Source of the DNA: Chiloscyllium plagiosum
Taxonomy: Eukaryota
Length of the DNA stretch: 64,000 nt
Assembly: GCF_004010195.1 (NCBI RefSeq)
Contig: NC_057718.1
Location: 78,356,935 to 78,420,934 of the forward strand
Reading direction: 5' to 3'
The position numbers and the translations under genes are program-made. Below the pieces are notes generated by a model, which worked only from the letters and a program-made list of their open reading frames with translations, had not been told where the DNA came from and did no database searches. Positions 27,342 to 39,252 of this stretch are shown here, piece by piece; position 1 is the stretch's first letter; each line of letters begins with the position of its first letter.

Positions 27342-27870
27342 TGTTATGGACCCAGACCAGACAGACCCCCTCAAAACATTTCAAGAAAGTAACCCGGACC
27401 CTAACTTTGCTAGTTGTTTTGCTGGATTACTGAATGAAACGTAAAAGCGAACAGCATATAGAAGAAGTTAACTTATCCAAATACCCAACAGCTTATCCCA
27501 ACTTAATGATGCTGTTCCAAATACTTGCGACAATTCCTTTTTTACCAAGTGCTGTTTATGGGGAAAGTCGAACACCAGTTTTTAGAGGAGAGATTGTCAG
27601 AGAGAGAGAGGGGGATCCGCATGGAACTGCTGCTTTGAGCAGCAGCCTCAAAAACCTGACGAGCAGCTCTGAACAGCCGGGCTGCTAAACCCAAACCAGA
27701 GAAAAGCTGAGCTGGGAGAACTGGCCACTCCCCTTTCATTGTACCAGCTTTTTTTAAACCTAAAAGGTTTCTCAAGTAGATCAACCCAGATGTTTCACAA
27801 ATTGTCTCTATGACCACCTGGGAAAAAAAACCAGGATGACAAAACTTGTTAAAGGAGCAGTAGCATCACA
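27342..27870 (-). mobile_element. Probable 3' LTR of the Gmr1-like element
   Basis: TG...CA termini (tgttatgg...gcatcaca); immediately adjacent cctctccctt reads as a polypurine tract on the minus strand. Confidence 0.55.
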
Positions 27871-28915
27871 CCTCTCCCTTAAAGAACCATCAATATCCAA
27901 AGATGGCTTTGTTTTAAAACCCTTCAATCTTACACTGTTACAACATTTATATACATTGATAAACATGCAAATGTACACACTAAATTCTGTTAGTGCTGGA
28001 AAAGCATAGCTGATCAGGCAACATCAGAAGCAGAAGAATTGAATTCTCCTGCTCTTCGAATGCTGCCTGACCAGCTGTGCTTTTCCAGAACCACACTCTT
28101 TGACGCTTATCTCCAGCATCTGCAGTCCTCACTTTCTCCTAAATTCTATTACAGTCTGTTTTACTCCTGCCATCGAACACCTCCATTTCTCATTCAAGTC
28201 TCGCCAGTGAATCAGTAATCATGTTATCTCGTCCTGCCACATGCACAGTTTTCAAATTGAATGGCTGTAACAACAAACTCCACCTAAAGCAGTCTGGAAT
28301 TTTTGTCCTTCAGTTTGTCCACAAACTTCAATGGATTACACTTCAATCAGTGTATATGATTCCCAGATGCATTACTGTAACATAACCTTTGAACTGTTGT
28401 AATGCCAATACCAAGCTCGAAGCCTTCTGCTCAACTGTTGAATATTTCTGCTGATGAATGTTTAATTTTCTGAAGAAATATCTGATAGTTCTTTCTATCT
28501 TTTCATCACCAATAGCCACCTTGAATAGCTTTGTGTAATTAGGTGTGGCTAATACTGGTCAGTGGTTAACGTTAGCTTTCAGGCTGTCAAATGCTATCCG
28601 TTGAAGCATTTTGCCTTTCTTTAGTAATTCAGTGAATGGAGCAGCCATACTGTTCATATTTGGTATAAATTTCTAATAAAATCCACTCAATCCCAATTAT
28701 AGAATTGTGATAGTGCTCTTTTTGCCGGTTTGTATGGGAAGTTCCCCAATTACCTTTGGCTTTACATTCCATGGAGCAATTTGTCCATGTCCAATAATGT
28801 GGCCCAGGAAAGTGACTTCTGCTTTGGCAAATGCACTTTTAGTCAGGTTTATCACCAAGTCTACCTCCTGAAATCAATCGAACAATTCTGATAAATTTTG
28901 CAAATGTGTGGAGTA

Positions 28916-29060
28916 CAGAGGAACCTTGATTATCCAGCATTCAATTATCTGAATATCAGATGATCCAGCAAGATTGCAAAGTCCCGACGTTTATCTAATA
29001 TTCAATTAACCAAACAAAATACGCCCTGCCCATATCCTTCGGATAATAGAGGTTCCTCTG
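28916..29060. mobile_element. MITE (Tc1/mariner/Tigger-like) inserted at TA inside the RT
   Basis: TIRs cagaggaaccttgattatcc / ggataatagaggttcctctg, preceded by TA; splits the RT motif CVEY/KVNAITK. Confidence 0.75.
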
Positions 29061-29372
29061 TGTTGCAAAGTTAATGCAATTACAAAGACTGATGCATATC
29101 AGATTCCACTCTTGGAAGACTGTTTTGAAAAGGTCAGACAAACAACTCATTTCTAAGTTGGACTTGCTCAAAGGATATTGGCAGGTACGGTTGCCCAAAA
29201 GAGCTAAGACAATTTTGGCTTTCCTAATGCTGAATGGACTGTGTCAATTTAAAGTTATGCCATTTGGCACAAAAAATGCACCAGTCACATTTCAGAGACT
29301 AACCAACAAGATCACTGCTGGATTACCCAATTGTCTTGTGTATCTTGATGGCCTGGTAATTTTTAGTCACAC

Positions 29373-30648
29373 ATGACTAAAGGAGTAGCCATGGGCACCC
29401 GCATGGGCCCCAGCTATGCCTGCCTCTTCATAGGATATGTGGAACAATCCATCTTCCGCAACTACACTGGCCCCACCCCCCACCTTTTCCTCCGCTACAT
29501 CGATGACTGTATCGGCGCCGCCTCGTGCTCCCACGAGGAGGTTGAACAGTTCATCCACTTCACCAACACCTTCCACCCCGACCTCAAATTCACCAGGACA
29601 GTCTCAGATTCCTCCCTCCCCTCCCTCGACCTTTCTATTTCTATCTCAGGCGACAGAATCAACACGGACATCTACTACAAACCGACCGACTCCCACAGCT
29701 AACTGGACTACACCTCCTCCCATCCTGCCCCATGTAAAAACGCCATCCCATTNNNNNNNNNNNNNNNNNNNNNNNNNNNNNNNNNNNNNNNNNNNNNNNN
29801 NNNNNNNNNNNNNNNNNNNNNNNNNNNNNNNNNNNNNNNNNNNNNNNNNNNNNNNNNNNNNNNNNNNNNNNNNNNNNNNNNNNNNNNNNNNNNNNNNNNN
29901 NNNNNNNNNNNNNNNNNNNNNNNNNNNNNNNNNNNNNNNNNNNNNNNNNNNNNNNNNNNNNNNNNNNNNNNNNNNNNNNNNNNNNNNNNNNNNNNNNNNN
30001 NNNNNNNNNNNNNNNNNNNNNNNNNNNNNNNNNNNNNNNNNNNNNNNNNNNNNNNNNNNNNNNNNNNNNNNNNNNNNNNNNNNNNNNNNNNNNNNNNNNN
30101 NNNNNNNNNNNNNNNNNNNNNNNNNNNNNNNNNNNNNNNNNNNNNNNNNNNNNNNNNNNNNNNNNNNNNNNNNNNNNNNNNNNNNNNNNNNNNNNNNNNN
30201 NNNNNNNNNNNNNNNNNNNNNNNNNNNNNNNNNNNNNNNNNNNNNNNNNNNNNNNNNNNNNNNNNNNNNNNNNNNNNNNNNNNNNNNNNNNNNNNNNGGC
30301 TCAAGGGCGGAGGAGCGGGAAGTGGAAGAGATGCGGTGGAGGGCATCATCGACCATGTCGGGGGGGAAGTTGCGGTCCTTGAAGAAGGAGGCCATCTGGG
30401 TTGTGCGTTTTTGGAACTGGTCCTCACCTTGACCTCTTTCAACCTATCACATATCCGACGGCCCTCCCCCAAGTCCCTCCTCCCTACCTTTTATCTTAGC
30501 CTGCTGGACAAACTTTCCTCATTCCTGAAGAAGGGCTTATGCCCGAAACGTCGATTCTCCTGTTCCCTGGATGCTGCCTGACCTGCGCTTTTCCAGCAAC
30601 ACATTTCCAGCTCTGATCTCCAGCATCTGCAGACCTCACTTTTCTCCT
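29373..30648 (+). mobile_element. Penelope-like family B element: RT fragment, gap, inverted piece, 3' end with hammerhead
   Basis: ORF 29373-29702 reads GVAMGTRMGPSYACLF...FLRYIDD...LDL...TDIYYKPTDSH, a Penelope-type RT. Confidence 0.9.
30521..30556 (+). ncRNA. Minimal hammerhead ribozyme motif, family B
   Basis: attc-CTGAAGA-a-gggc ttat gccc-GAAACGTC-gatt. Confidence 0.75.
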
Positions 30649-31719
30649 TTTAAATGCTGTCTAGTCAACTCCCCTGCTCTATTTAATTATTCCCTAAAAT
30701 CTGACACACAGTCTGAATATGTGGTCTCTGAATTATGACCAATTCCTCCTCAATCAGTTTTAGTGGTCCTCTCCCTTCATGCACACAAACTAATTCAAAT
30801 GGACTGAATTTGGTCAATTCATTTGGTACATCGCTGATGGCAAAAAGTACAAATGGAATTCTCTTATCCCAATTATCTGGATAATCTTGACTCTAAGTCC
30901 TTAACATGGTCTTTAATGTCTGCCATCTTTCTAGCACTCCGTGATTCTGAATGGTATGCAGTAGATTTGAATTGTTTTATTCCTATGTTGTCCATAACTT
31001 GAATAATTTTGATGTGAAGTTTAATCCTTGATCTAATTGTACCTCTGTGGGTAGTCTGTATCTAGTGAAAATTGAGTAATTCCTCTGCAATACTTTTAGC
31101 TGTGATATTGTGTAATGGAATGGCCTCTGGAAATCTAGTGAACGCATCCATTATTGTTAACAAATACAGATTCCCACTTTTTGTTTTAGATAGGGGTCCT
31201 ACACAATCAAGGCTCTTGTGAAAGTTCCTCAAATGCAGGAATAGGTATTAAAGATGCAGGTTTTATTACTGCCTTTGGTTTTCCAATTACCTGACATGTA
31301 TCATATATGTGGCAAAATTCAACTACATCCTCATACAGTCCAGGCCAGTGTAAATGTTTTTTAGCTTTGGTTTTTCTGAACCCTAAATTACCTCTTGCTA
31401 GTCGTTTATGTGCCATCCATAACACCACCTTTTCTATAACCCAGTGACAATAAAACCTGATGAACTTCTGCCCCCTTTTCACTTGCCTGAATATGTAGTG
31501 GTCTCTATTTCCTCATTAAGACGACATTTTTAAGATAGTATCACCAAGATACATCTAGATTCTCTTGTATGCTGTTTGATACAATGGTAGCCATATGGAT
31601 ATTCTGAGAAGGGCGAAAAGCTTAGTTTGGCTTGGTAGCCTTGCAGTTCCTAAATATAGTTATGTTAGCGAGCAAAAGTTTACATAAATATAGACTAACA
31701 CAAGAGGAATCAAATGAGT

Positions 31720-31943
31720 GGGCAGCACGGTGGCACAGTGGTTAGCACTGCTGCCTCACAGCGCCTGAGACCCGGGTTCAATTCCCGCCTCAGGCGACTG
31801 ACTGACTGTGTGGAGTTTGCACGTTCTCAGTGTTAGGTAAGGGGTAAATGTAGGGGTATGGGTGGGTTGCGCTTCGGCGGGTCGGTGTGGACTTGTTGGG
31901 CCGAAGGGCCTGTTTCCACGCTGTAATGTAATCTAATCTAATC
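31720..31943 (+). mobile_element. Young HE1-like SINE with internal deletion
   Basis: A box tggcacagtgg, B box ggttcaattcc, (tctaa)n tail, flanking aatcaaat repeat. Confidence 0.88.
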
Positions 31944-32406
31944 AAATATCATATGTACTGAGAGGAGACAAGATGTCTTGGTAACATAATCCTGTCCCCT
32001 CTGAGCATCATGGACAATAATAATGTCCTTGAAATTTCACTTAATAGCTCCTCGGGAATGGCAGATTTGTTTCATCTCTAAGTCAAGTCCATTGGGTATT
32101 TGACCTCGCTGGTTCTGTAAGTCATGGCATAACGGTCTGAGGGGCAGTCTCCAAATCTTCTTGGTGAAAGTGGTAAAATGCTGCTTGCAAATAGCCTGTG
32201 GATTGATTCAAGTGTTGAAATAGTCAATGTTGTTCAATTAGTGTTTTTTATAAATGCTTTATACAAATTGCCACTAATGGTCTCTTCCATAGTGAAGCTA
32301 CCAGGATAGTGAATTGACCACATGAAGAAACCTCAACTTTAATTTCAGCTTAAAACAAATTTATTTAAATATTAAAACAAAAATATTAAGTTGTTCTCTC
32401 CCATAG

Positions 32407-32510
32407 GGCAAGCCAGTATATTTGAGGGAAACTCCAGATTGTACATACCTCTTTGAATGGCATACATCATATGCTTGTCCACCATTCCGATCCATCGATT
32501 GCACATTAAG
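32407..32510 (+). CDS. IGF2R: IGF2R exon (~exon 29): GKPVYLRETPDCTYLFEWHTSYACPPFRSIDCTLR
   Basis: ttctctcccatag| acceptor, AAG|gtacat donor, 104 bp, phase 0-2; not in ORF track. Confidence 0.94.
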
Positions 32511-32945
32511 GTACATTTACCTATTTAACAAACTTTCAGTTAAATTTGCTGTTGGTGTTAAAAATGCAAATGTAATTAAAATTTTTATGAACTGAGAACA
32601 GAACTAAGTTGTGATGTTGTATAGTAATACTTGTTCTGGTAATGAATAACATACTGCCACCTAAGAATTAAATGTGATTTGTGCATAGTTAGAAGAATAA
32701 TTGTCATAAATTTCTTGGCTTTCTTATGAGATTTGGAATTTCTGGAGCACATTAATGTACTTGAAACATGATCACTTTAACAATGCATTTATCATATTAA
32801 TGTTTCAATTTCTTTATCAATCTGCTTGATTATAGTGTGAGTTAAGTTTTTAAAGCCTGGTGTTGATTACAGTTATGGGTAGTTTAGCAATGTATGCAAT
32901 AAAAGCCAATTCAAGATTTGAAGTGCAACTTTTTTTTCTTTTTAG

Positions 32946-33076
32946 GGATAAAGGTGGGAATTCCTATGACCTTACTCCTTTATCACAGTCTCAAGACAAC
33001 TGGGAGATAGAACAGCAACGTGATGTTGACCAGACATATTACATCAACATCTGCAAGTCACTAGTCCCAAAAAATG
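32946..33076 (+). CDS. IGF2R: IGF2R exon (~exon 30): DKGGNSYDLTPLSQSQDNWEIEQQRDVDQTYYINICKSLVPKNG
   Basis: polyT-tag| acceptor; frame-compatible donor is G|gcaagt (GC-AG intron); 131 bp, phase 2-1. Confidence 0.9.
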
Positions 33077-35000
33077 GCAAGTGCATTGAGAGAGCAACAG
33101 AAGTATTTAGCTGTGTAGCATTTGATGGGGAGCCACTCATTGCCCATTGGAGCTCACTTACCTATTCAAGTCAAATCTAATTTGAAGCATTAAAGGAGGT
33201 TGCAAATACACTAGTCAAAACAGGCAGCCATAGGATTTTCTGAGGAATGAGAAACAAGGAATGGGAAAATCTCTAATTCCATACACACTTTCTCTGCGCT
33301 ATTAAATAAGCAATGACAAACCAGTTTTTGTTCATGACATAAAGTTGACTGCAAAACTGAGAAAACTGAAGAGTTGGTTTTCATCTTTGGAATTTAATAT
33401 TCAAATAGAAAGGAGAGGAACACCTAGGACTTGTTCTTGTTGCTGTGCAGGTTAATCTTGAAGTAGTGGGTGGATTTGGATGAAGAGAGACTTCTATGAA
33501 AATGTATTGTCCACATATTTGGCTTCATTTGTCAATCAGTAGTCTGTCAGCTGTACTTCAGCTGACAGTTGTGGGTGCAAAATAGAAACTGAAAACTAGA
33601 AGGCTTTGATTTGTTAGAATAATGTCATGGAAGACTTCTGATATGCTGGAGAGATTTGTGTACTTGGGTTGTTTTCTTTTGGACAGAGAAAATTAAGCAG
33701 CGGTTGCTAAGGATGTTCAAAATCATGAACTGTCCTGATGGAGTAAACCAGGAGGAATTGTTGCCAAAATAACAGGCAACTCTAGAATTTATGCAGTTTT
33801 TGTTTTGTATGTTCTCCGAAAGGATAATGGCAGCAGATTGAATAACTTCAAATTGGAATTAAATAAATACAGGGCAATCCCTGTATCTGCAGAATTGTTT
33901 TCTGCAGTTTCAGTTACTCTTGGTTTGCTGTGGCCTGAGCATATCATCGAGAATGTTCCAGTGCCTGGGACCAGGTGGCTGCCAGGAAGGCACGTTTTCC
34001 ATTTAAATGAATGGGTTCGCTCCTATGTGGTTTTGGGATTCCACAGTAGGTCTTGGAACATAACCCCTGCAAGTATGGTGGGGACGATTGTAATCATATT
34101 TGCAGGCTCATGGGCTAAAAACAAGCAATTAGGACTGAAGGGGACACTACTTTCAAATAGGTGTCAAGGGCACACCTGTGTTCTATTATTCTATAATTGA
34201 GTATTCCTCCAGTTATTCTGATCGATAATTATCCCTCATCAGTACTGAAATGTTATCTAGTTGCTTATTTCATAACTCTGGGAACTTGCCTTGTGCAAAT
34301 TTCATGCGTTTTGTACATTGCGATAGTAATTACACTTAAAAGTAATTATTTGATTAAAGTGTTTTGGCAGTTAAAGATGATATAAATGGTATATTTCCTT
34401 CTGTCTTGCTGTTTACTTTGACTTTTTCCATAGTGGTTATCGAACAACTATCTAAAACTGATTTTATCAAATTCATCCTTGCTAAATGTTACAGGGTAAT
34501 AAATAATCTATTTATACTGTTTCTAGAGAGAACCTTTTATTGCGATTATCTGGAGTGGCTGGGCATATGTTGCTGGCACTTTAAGCAGTTTTCCCATCTT
34601 TGTTTTATGCATTGTGCTTTGTTCACCAATTTTATGGTGAAGTATTGCATTGCTATTCTGGAATCGAAGTTGTCCAAAACCAGGTGGGAAACGCACTCCT
34701 AAAAAAGCAATTTTTTTGCATTAAACTTCCACATTTATAGGAGTAGAGATTTGTTTAACCACCATTTGAAAAGGTTAGAATGAGTCAAGAATGTGAATGT
34801 GCATCATATTCGGTAATTAGGAGACTGTTATGTTCTCTACAAAACTATATTTATGCATATGTAAGTGGTTAAACTTCAGTAGTCAGAATTGCTATATTGA
34901 CATTTTAGCGTTTTTATTCTGAACTTAATGGTTTGTATGTTTGCTTATTTTGGGCTTAATGTAGCCATTGGTTTGTAATAACCTGTTTATTATTTTATAG

Positions 35001-35200
35001 GCAACTGGGCCTGTCCCTTAAATGCAGCTGTCTGCCTGAAGAATGGCAGCAAGTATATAAACCTTGGTGAGGTTGTTGCAGGGCCAAGGTGGGAAGAACA
35101 TGGTCTGCTTGTCCTACGTTATCAAAATGGTGACTGGTGTCCTGATGGAAGACGCAATAAGACTACAAGCATACGTTTCAAATGTGATAAAGATGCAATT
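35001..35200 (+). CDS. IGF2R: IGF2R exon (~exon 31): NWACPLNAAVCLKNGSKYINLGEVVAGPRWEEHGLLVLRYQNGDWCPDGRRNKTTSIRFKCDKDAI
   Basis: ttttatag| acceptor, ATT|gtaagt donor, 200 bp, phase 1-0. Confidence 0.95.
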
Positions 35201-36517
35201 GTAAGTCTTATTTCAGTTACTTTTTATCCTGAGGTGAATCAAAATAAGAAATGGAAAGCTTGCAGGAAACAAAATTGCATTATGCAGTGGAAAAACTTCC
35301 TATCCAGCTCATGTTTTGCTTTGTTTCTTGTATGATACAAGAATCAAAAATGATGTTCTACTTAATCTGTAACCTATCTGTTTAATCTGTAACAACTCTA
35401 TTGCTTCCACTATTGATATCTTGGAGTAGTGATTATAGGCATCATTGTCCTCTGCTAACAATGTAGATGCCTACCACTGGGAATGCAAAACTGATAGTTA
35501 CATGAATATGTATGACCAGTTTTGGTATTCTGTTCAGCACTGTCTTCAGATGAGAGATTTCTTGTAAAAGAATCATATTGGGTTCCATATTTCCAACCTT
35601 GATTTTAAAAAAAAATTGACAGTCAAATGGAAATAGGAAATATTGAATTTAATTTTGTAGAACTGTTAATTCCCTTATTTATAGAGTGAGTTGACCTGTA
35701 TGTGTTCTCTGGGGAGGTATGATGTTGGGCAAAGGATATTTTCTTAATTCTGTTGGCAGTGCGCTGCCATGCGGAAAAGTACTCCAGAGCAGCAGTAAGT
35801 TTCATGGTAGTGACTCGGGTGACAAAAAAGGGACATGTCTAGATTGAGAGAGACATGGGAATGTGTTTCCATGATATTGTTCTGATGAGCATTAGACTTA
35901 ACATTAACTCTGCTTTCTCCCCACAGATGCTGCCAGATCTGCTGAGTTTCACCAGCAATTTCTGCTTTTGTTTTAGGTCACTAGAATCCACAGTTCTTTT
36001 TATATTAATGTTATACTAGTGCTACTTTTTGTAGTAGAGATCAAGAGGGGGAAAAAAAAAGACTATCTAAGTCACCTTATTGAGTTATGTTTTGTTATGC
36101 AGATCTTACCTCCTGTAACTGTACGCTATGGTGGAATGAACAAAATCAATTGTGGACAAAGTCCACAAAGACACCTGTCCAGTGGCAGGGGTGCAAAATA
36201 TCTCAAGCTCAATGTACTAGAACATGTGGATTGGAGACAAATACACCGTTAAAGCTCATTGCTCTATGCCTATATTGTGGAGTAGCAAATCTCAACTTAA
36301 AATTAGAGAGAAATTGAAGTTAAATTGTCCTGATGTACCTTTTTCTGTAGCCTTTTTGTGTATATCTAAAATGACATGAAAGCAATAATTCAATATTACA
36401 GAACTTTTAACATTGCTGGAAAAAAAGGTATGTCAGGGGTTTTTGTCTTGTAATCATTGCAAGACAAGATAATAATTGAGATGGTAAACTTCATTTCAAG
36501 TATCTATCTTTTTACAG

Positions 36518-36644
36518 AACACAAAGCCAGACTTAATCACTGCCATTGAAAGTTGCGAGTACACATTTTTGTGGTTCACTGCTTTCGCTTGCCCAGTAAC
36601 CAGAAATGTACACAATGAGTGTGTTGTAACAAATCCAATTACAG
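36518..36644 (+). CDS. IGF2R: IGF2R exon (~exon 32): [43 protein letters not shown]
   Basis: tttttacag| acceptor, CAG|gtcagt donor, 127 bp, phase 0-1. Confidence 0.95.
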
Positions 36645-37395
36645 GTCAGTAATGTGAATTTTATGATAGCACAATTTTAAGTTCTCAAAGTTTTTTAAAA
36701 TTTAGTTTCACACATTTAAAGCAGTAAACTCCACACTGAGTTCCTGACAGCAGTTGGACTAATGAGTACTTAAAAGATGTTATCTGAAATGGAAAATCTA
36801 ATTAGTCTAGAAAACACAAAAAATTGACAGGAAAGCAAATCTGTTTTATCTCAAAATCTTATGAAACTAATTGGTCCCTACATAGCATCCAGGCTAAGTC
36901 TGGATAACTTGCACCATCCAAAGCAAAATCAACAATTGGAATGTTCAGATCAGTTTGTTGTGGAGAGAACAGATGAGTTGAAATGTACACTTTTTTTTTA
37001 ACTTGATCCCATATCTGCAATGTTAACTCATTCTTACCACATATGGTGTCTGGCCTACTGGGTGTTTCCTGTTTTTATTTCAGGATTTTAACATGTACAA
37101 TTTTTTTTCAAGCAAGGGTCCTACTTCTATAATAGATATCTGCTTAGTCAGATATTAGCCATCAAATAATCAAAGGCTTTGATAAAGTGGGTTGCAGGGT
37201 TCAGCTAACTTCATGTGGTGTTTTATGTTCAACATTTTTTTCTTTATGGATAAATTTATAGATTTATCTTCCACCATGGCATTTGTGAATTGATTTTCTT
37301 AGCAAATTAATATATTGTACTCTAATATATCTAGAGATTTGGACATGTTTGTTCTAAATTACTTTGTTTCTAATGCTGCATGTTTTTGCATCCAG

Positions 37396-37530
37396 GCCAT
37401 TTATTTGACTTGAATTCACTGCGAACAAGTCAAGGCTATACTATATATGATCATAAAATCAGAAGAAACTTCATTCGCCTTAATATTTGTGATAAGGTGC
37501 AAAATACTGGATGTTCAGGGAATGATGTTG
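37396..37530 (+). CDS. IGF2R: IGF2R exon (~exon 33), domain 11 N-part: HLFDLNSLRTSQGYTIYDHKIRRNFIRLNICDKVQNTGCSGNDVG
   Basis: gcatccag| acceptor, TTG|gtatgt donor, 135 bp, phase 1-1. Confidence 0.94.
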
Positions 37531-38256
37531 GTATGTATTGAATGGGTACTGAAGTTAAAGCCATTATATTGACATCAGAATTCTTGTATTTGTTTATTAA
37601 GTCATTCCATGGCATTGCCCCTCAAAATTCTCCTCTAAGCCATGACAGTCTTTCATTGGACTTTTGTGCATTTCTAATCATAAGTAGTTCCAATATTGGT
37701 GACGGTGGCTGCAGTTGCCTTGGCCCCAAACTTGCTTAAGGGCACTCACTTAAAACCTATTCGTTGATAAGCCTGTGTTCATCTGAATTAATAGGTCCTT
37801 TAAGCAGCTCAGTATCCTATTTAGTGATGCTCCTGTGTGGTGCCTTAGGTTGTTGCAAGTTGTTATACAGGGATCATTTGTTATTGTTTATATCTCAGTC
37901 TGTATCCTGCTGTGCTGCAGTATTTTTGGAGTGAATGTTTGTTTTTGGTTAGATCAAGCAAGGAACTGATTTAACTAAATTCCAACTAACTCCTGTAGAA
38001 CAAAAGCTAACATACTAAAGTTTTTAATTACCCCTTCGCTTAAATGGAGAGTGGAGTCGAAGAATGAAAACTTTACCAAAATGAAGTAATCTTTTAGGAC
38101 TGGGCAGTACGGGGGTGGATGATTGCCTTTTGAATTCAAAGTGCTCCCCTCAGAATGTTGTTATTTTATGCCCGTATTACTGGTGAGCCCTAGTTCCAGT
38201 TGTCTACACTTATGGCAAACGTAATTGAGTATACAAGGAGGCCACATGGCACATTT

Positions 38257-38564
38257 TTAGATTACATTACAGTGTGGAAACAGGCCCTTCGGCCCAACAA
38301 GTCCACACCGACCCGCCGAAGCGTAACCCACCCATACCCCTACATTTACCCCTTACCTAACACTACGGGCAATTTAGCATGGCCAATTCACCTGACCTGC
38401 ACATCTTTGGACTGTGGGAGGAAACCGGAGCACCCGGAGGAAACCCACGCAGACACTGGGAGAACGTGCAAACTCCACACAGTCTGTCGCCTGAGGCGGG
38501 AATTGAACCCGGGTCTCTGGCGCTGTGAGGCAGCAGTGCTAACCACTGTGCCACCGTGCCGCCC
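38257..38564 (-). mobile_element. Full-length HE1-like SINE
   Basis: tRNA-like head, central core and LINE-derived tail on the minus strand. Confidence 0.9.
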
Positions 38565-39252
38565 ACACCTGCCTGTTGTGTTCTTTAGGCGAGCTATTTA
38601 ATTAATACCACTCATCTGTATTTTCCTGTGGTGGGTAAACTTAATCCCTTCTGACTTTTATTGAATTCAATTCTGAAATTACTCAACATCCTTAAACTTT
38701 CCTTTCATGCAAGCTGTTACAGATCATAATCATAAAATGTTTCCTTATGACCCTCTGGTTCTTTTTCCAATCTTTTTTCAATTCACTTGTGGCATGTTGG
38801 TATCACAGGTCCAAAATTGAAGATTCTAAATTGACCATAGGCAGAGAAATCAGGCCTGACAGAAAATTGGCCAAACTAAATTAGACAACATGCCAGGTCC
38901 AGATAGCAATGGAAATCTAGGCCAAAGATTGCAAAGGTTTAAGGGGAACCAATTACAATTGGCCTGAGGGTTGTATATTGGAGAAGTCTTGATCAGACTA
39001 TGTGCACTTCACACCACCTGGCATGGCAGCAGTGAAGGCTGTTGGTGTGACTCCACTGTTTGGGTAAAGTGTTTTTAATATATAAACTTTCCAAAGCGTA
39101 GACTGCAACTGATGTGAATAATGCAAGTATTATGCCCAATACTTTGTGCAATGTTCACTACATTTATTTAATAATCATCGTTAACATATTTAGGAACTTT
39201 TTTTTGTTTGCTATTTCATTTGAAAACCAGTAATGTTTGTGACCTTTTGCAG

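Larger units (their letters stand above)
27871..31570 (-). mobile_element. Degenerate Ty3/gypsy-type LTR retrotransposon internal region with INT-RT-RH order (Gmr1-like), internally inverted and interrupted
   Basis: On the minus strand: integrase (WPGLYEDVVEFC..C, DCVGPL, TRFPEAIPL, DQG.NF) at 31480-30700; RT C-part (VTFLGHIIG) at ~28900-28780; RNase H ending RWSLLLQPFNL...DSLARLE* at ~28190. The RT core (KLDLLKGYWQV, MPFG.KNAP.TFQR) is on the + strand at 28905-29372. Confidence 0.82.

Noticed and set aside
29437..30472. Long ORFs of 249-331 aa in the track
   Set aside because: Artefacts of translation through the N-gap in alternative frames of a Penelope fragment
33544..33568. 10-bp stem hairpin ctgtcagctg-tactt-cagctgacag
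   Set aside because: Too short and isolated to distinguish from chance or local duplication
38363..38566. tRNA-like sequence and ORF MGGTVAQWLALLPHSARDPGSIP
   Set aside because: tRNA-derived head of an HE1 SINE, not a tRNA gene or protein
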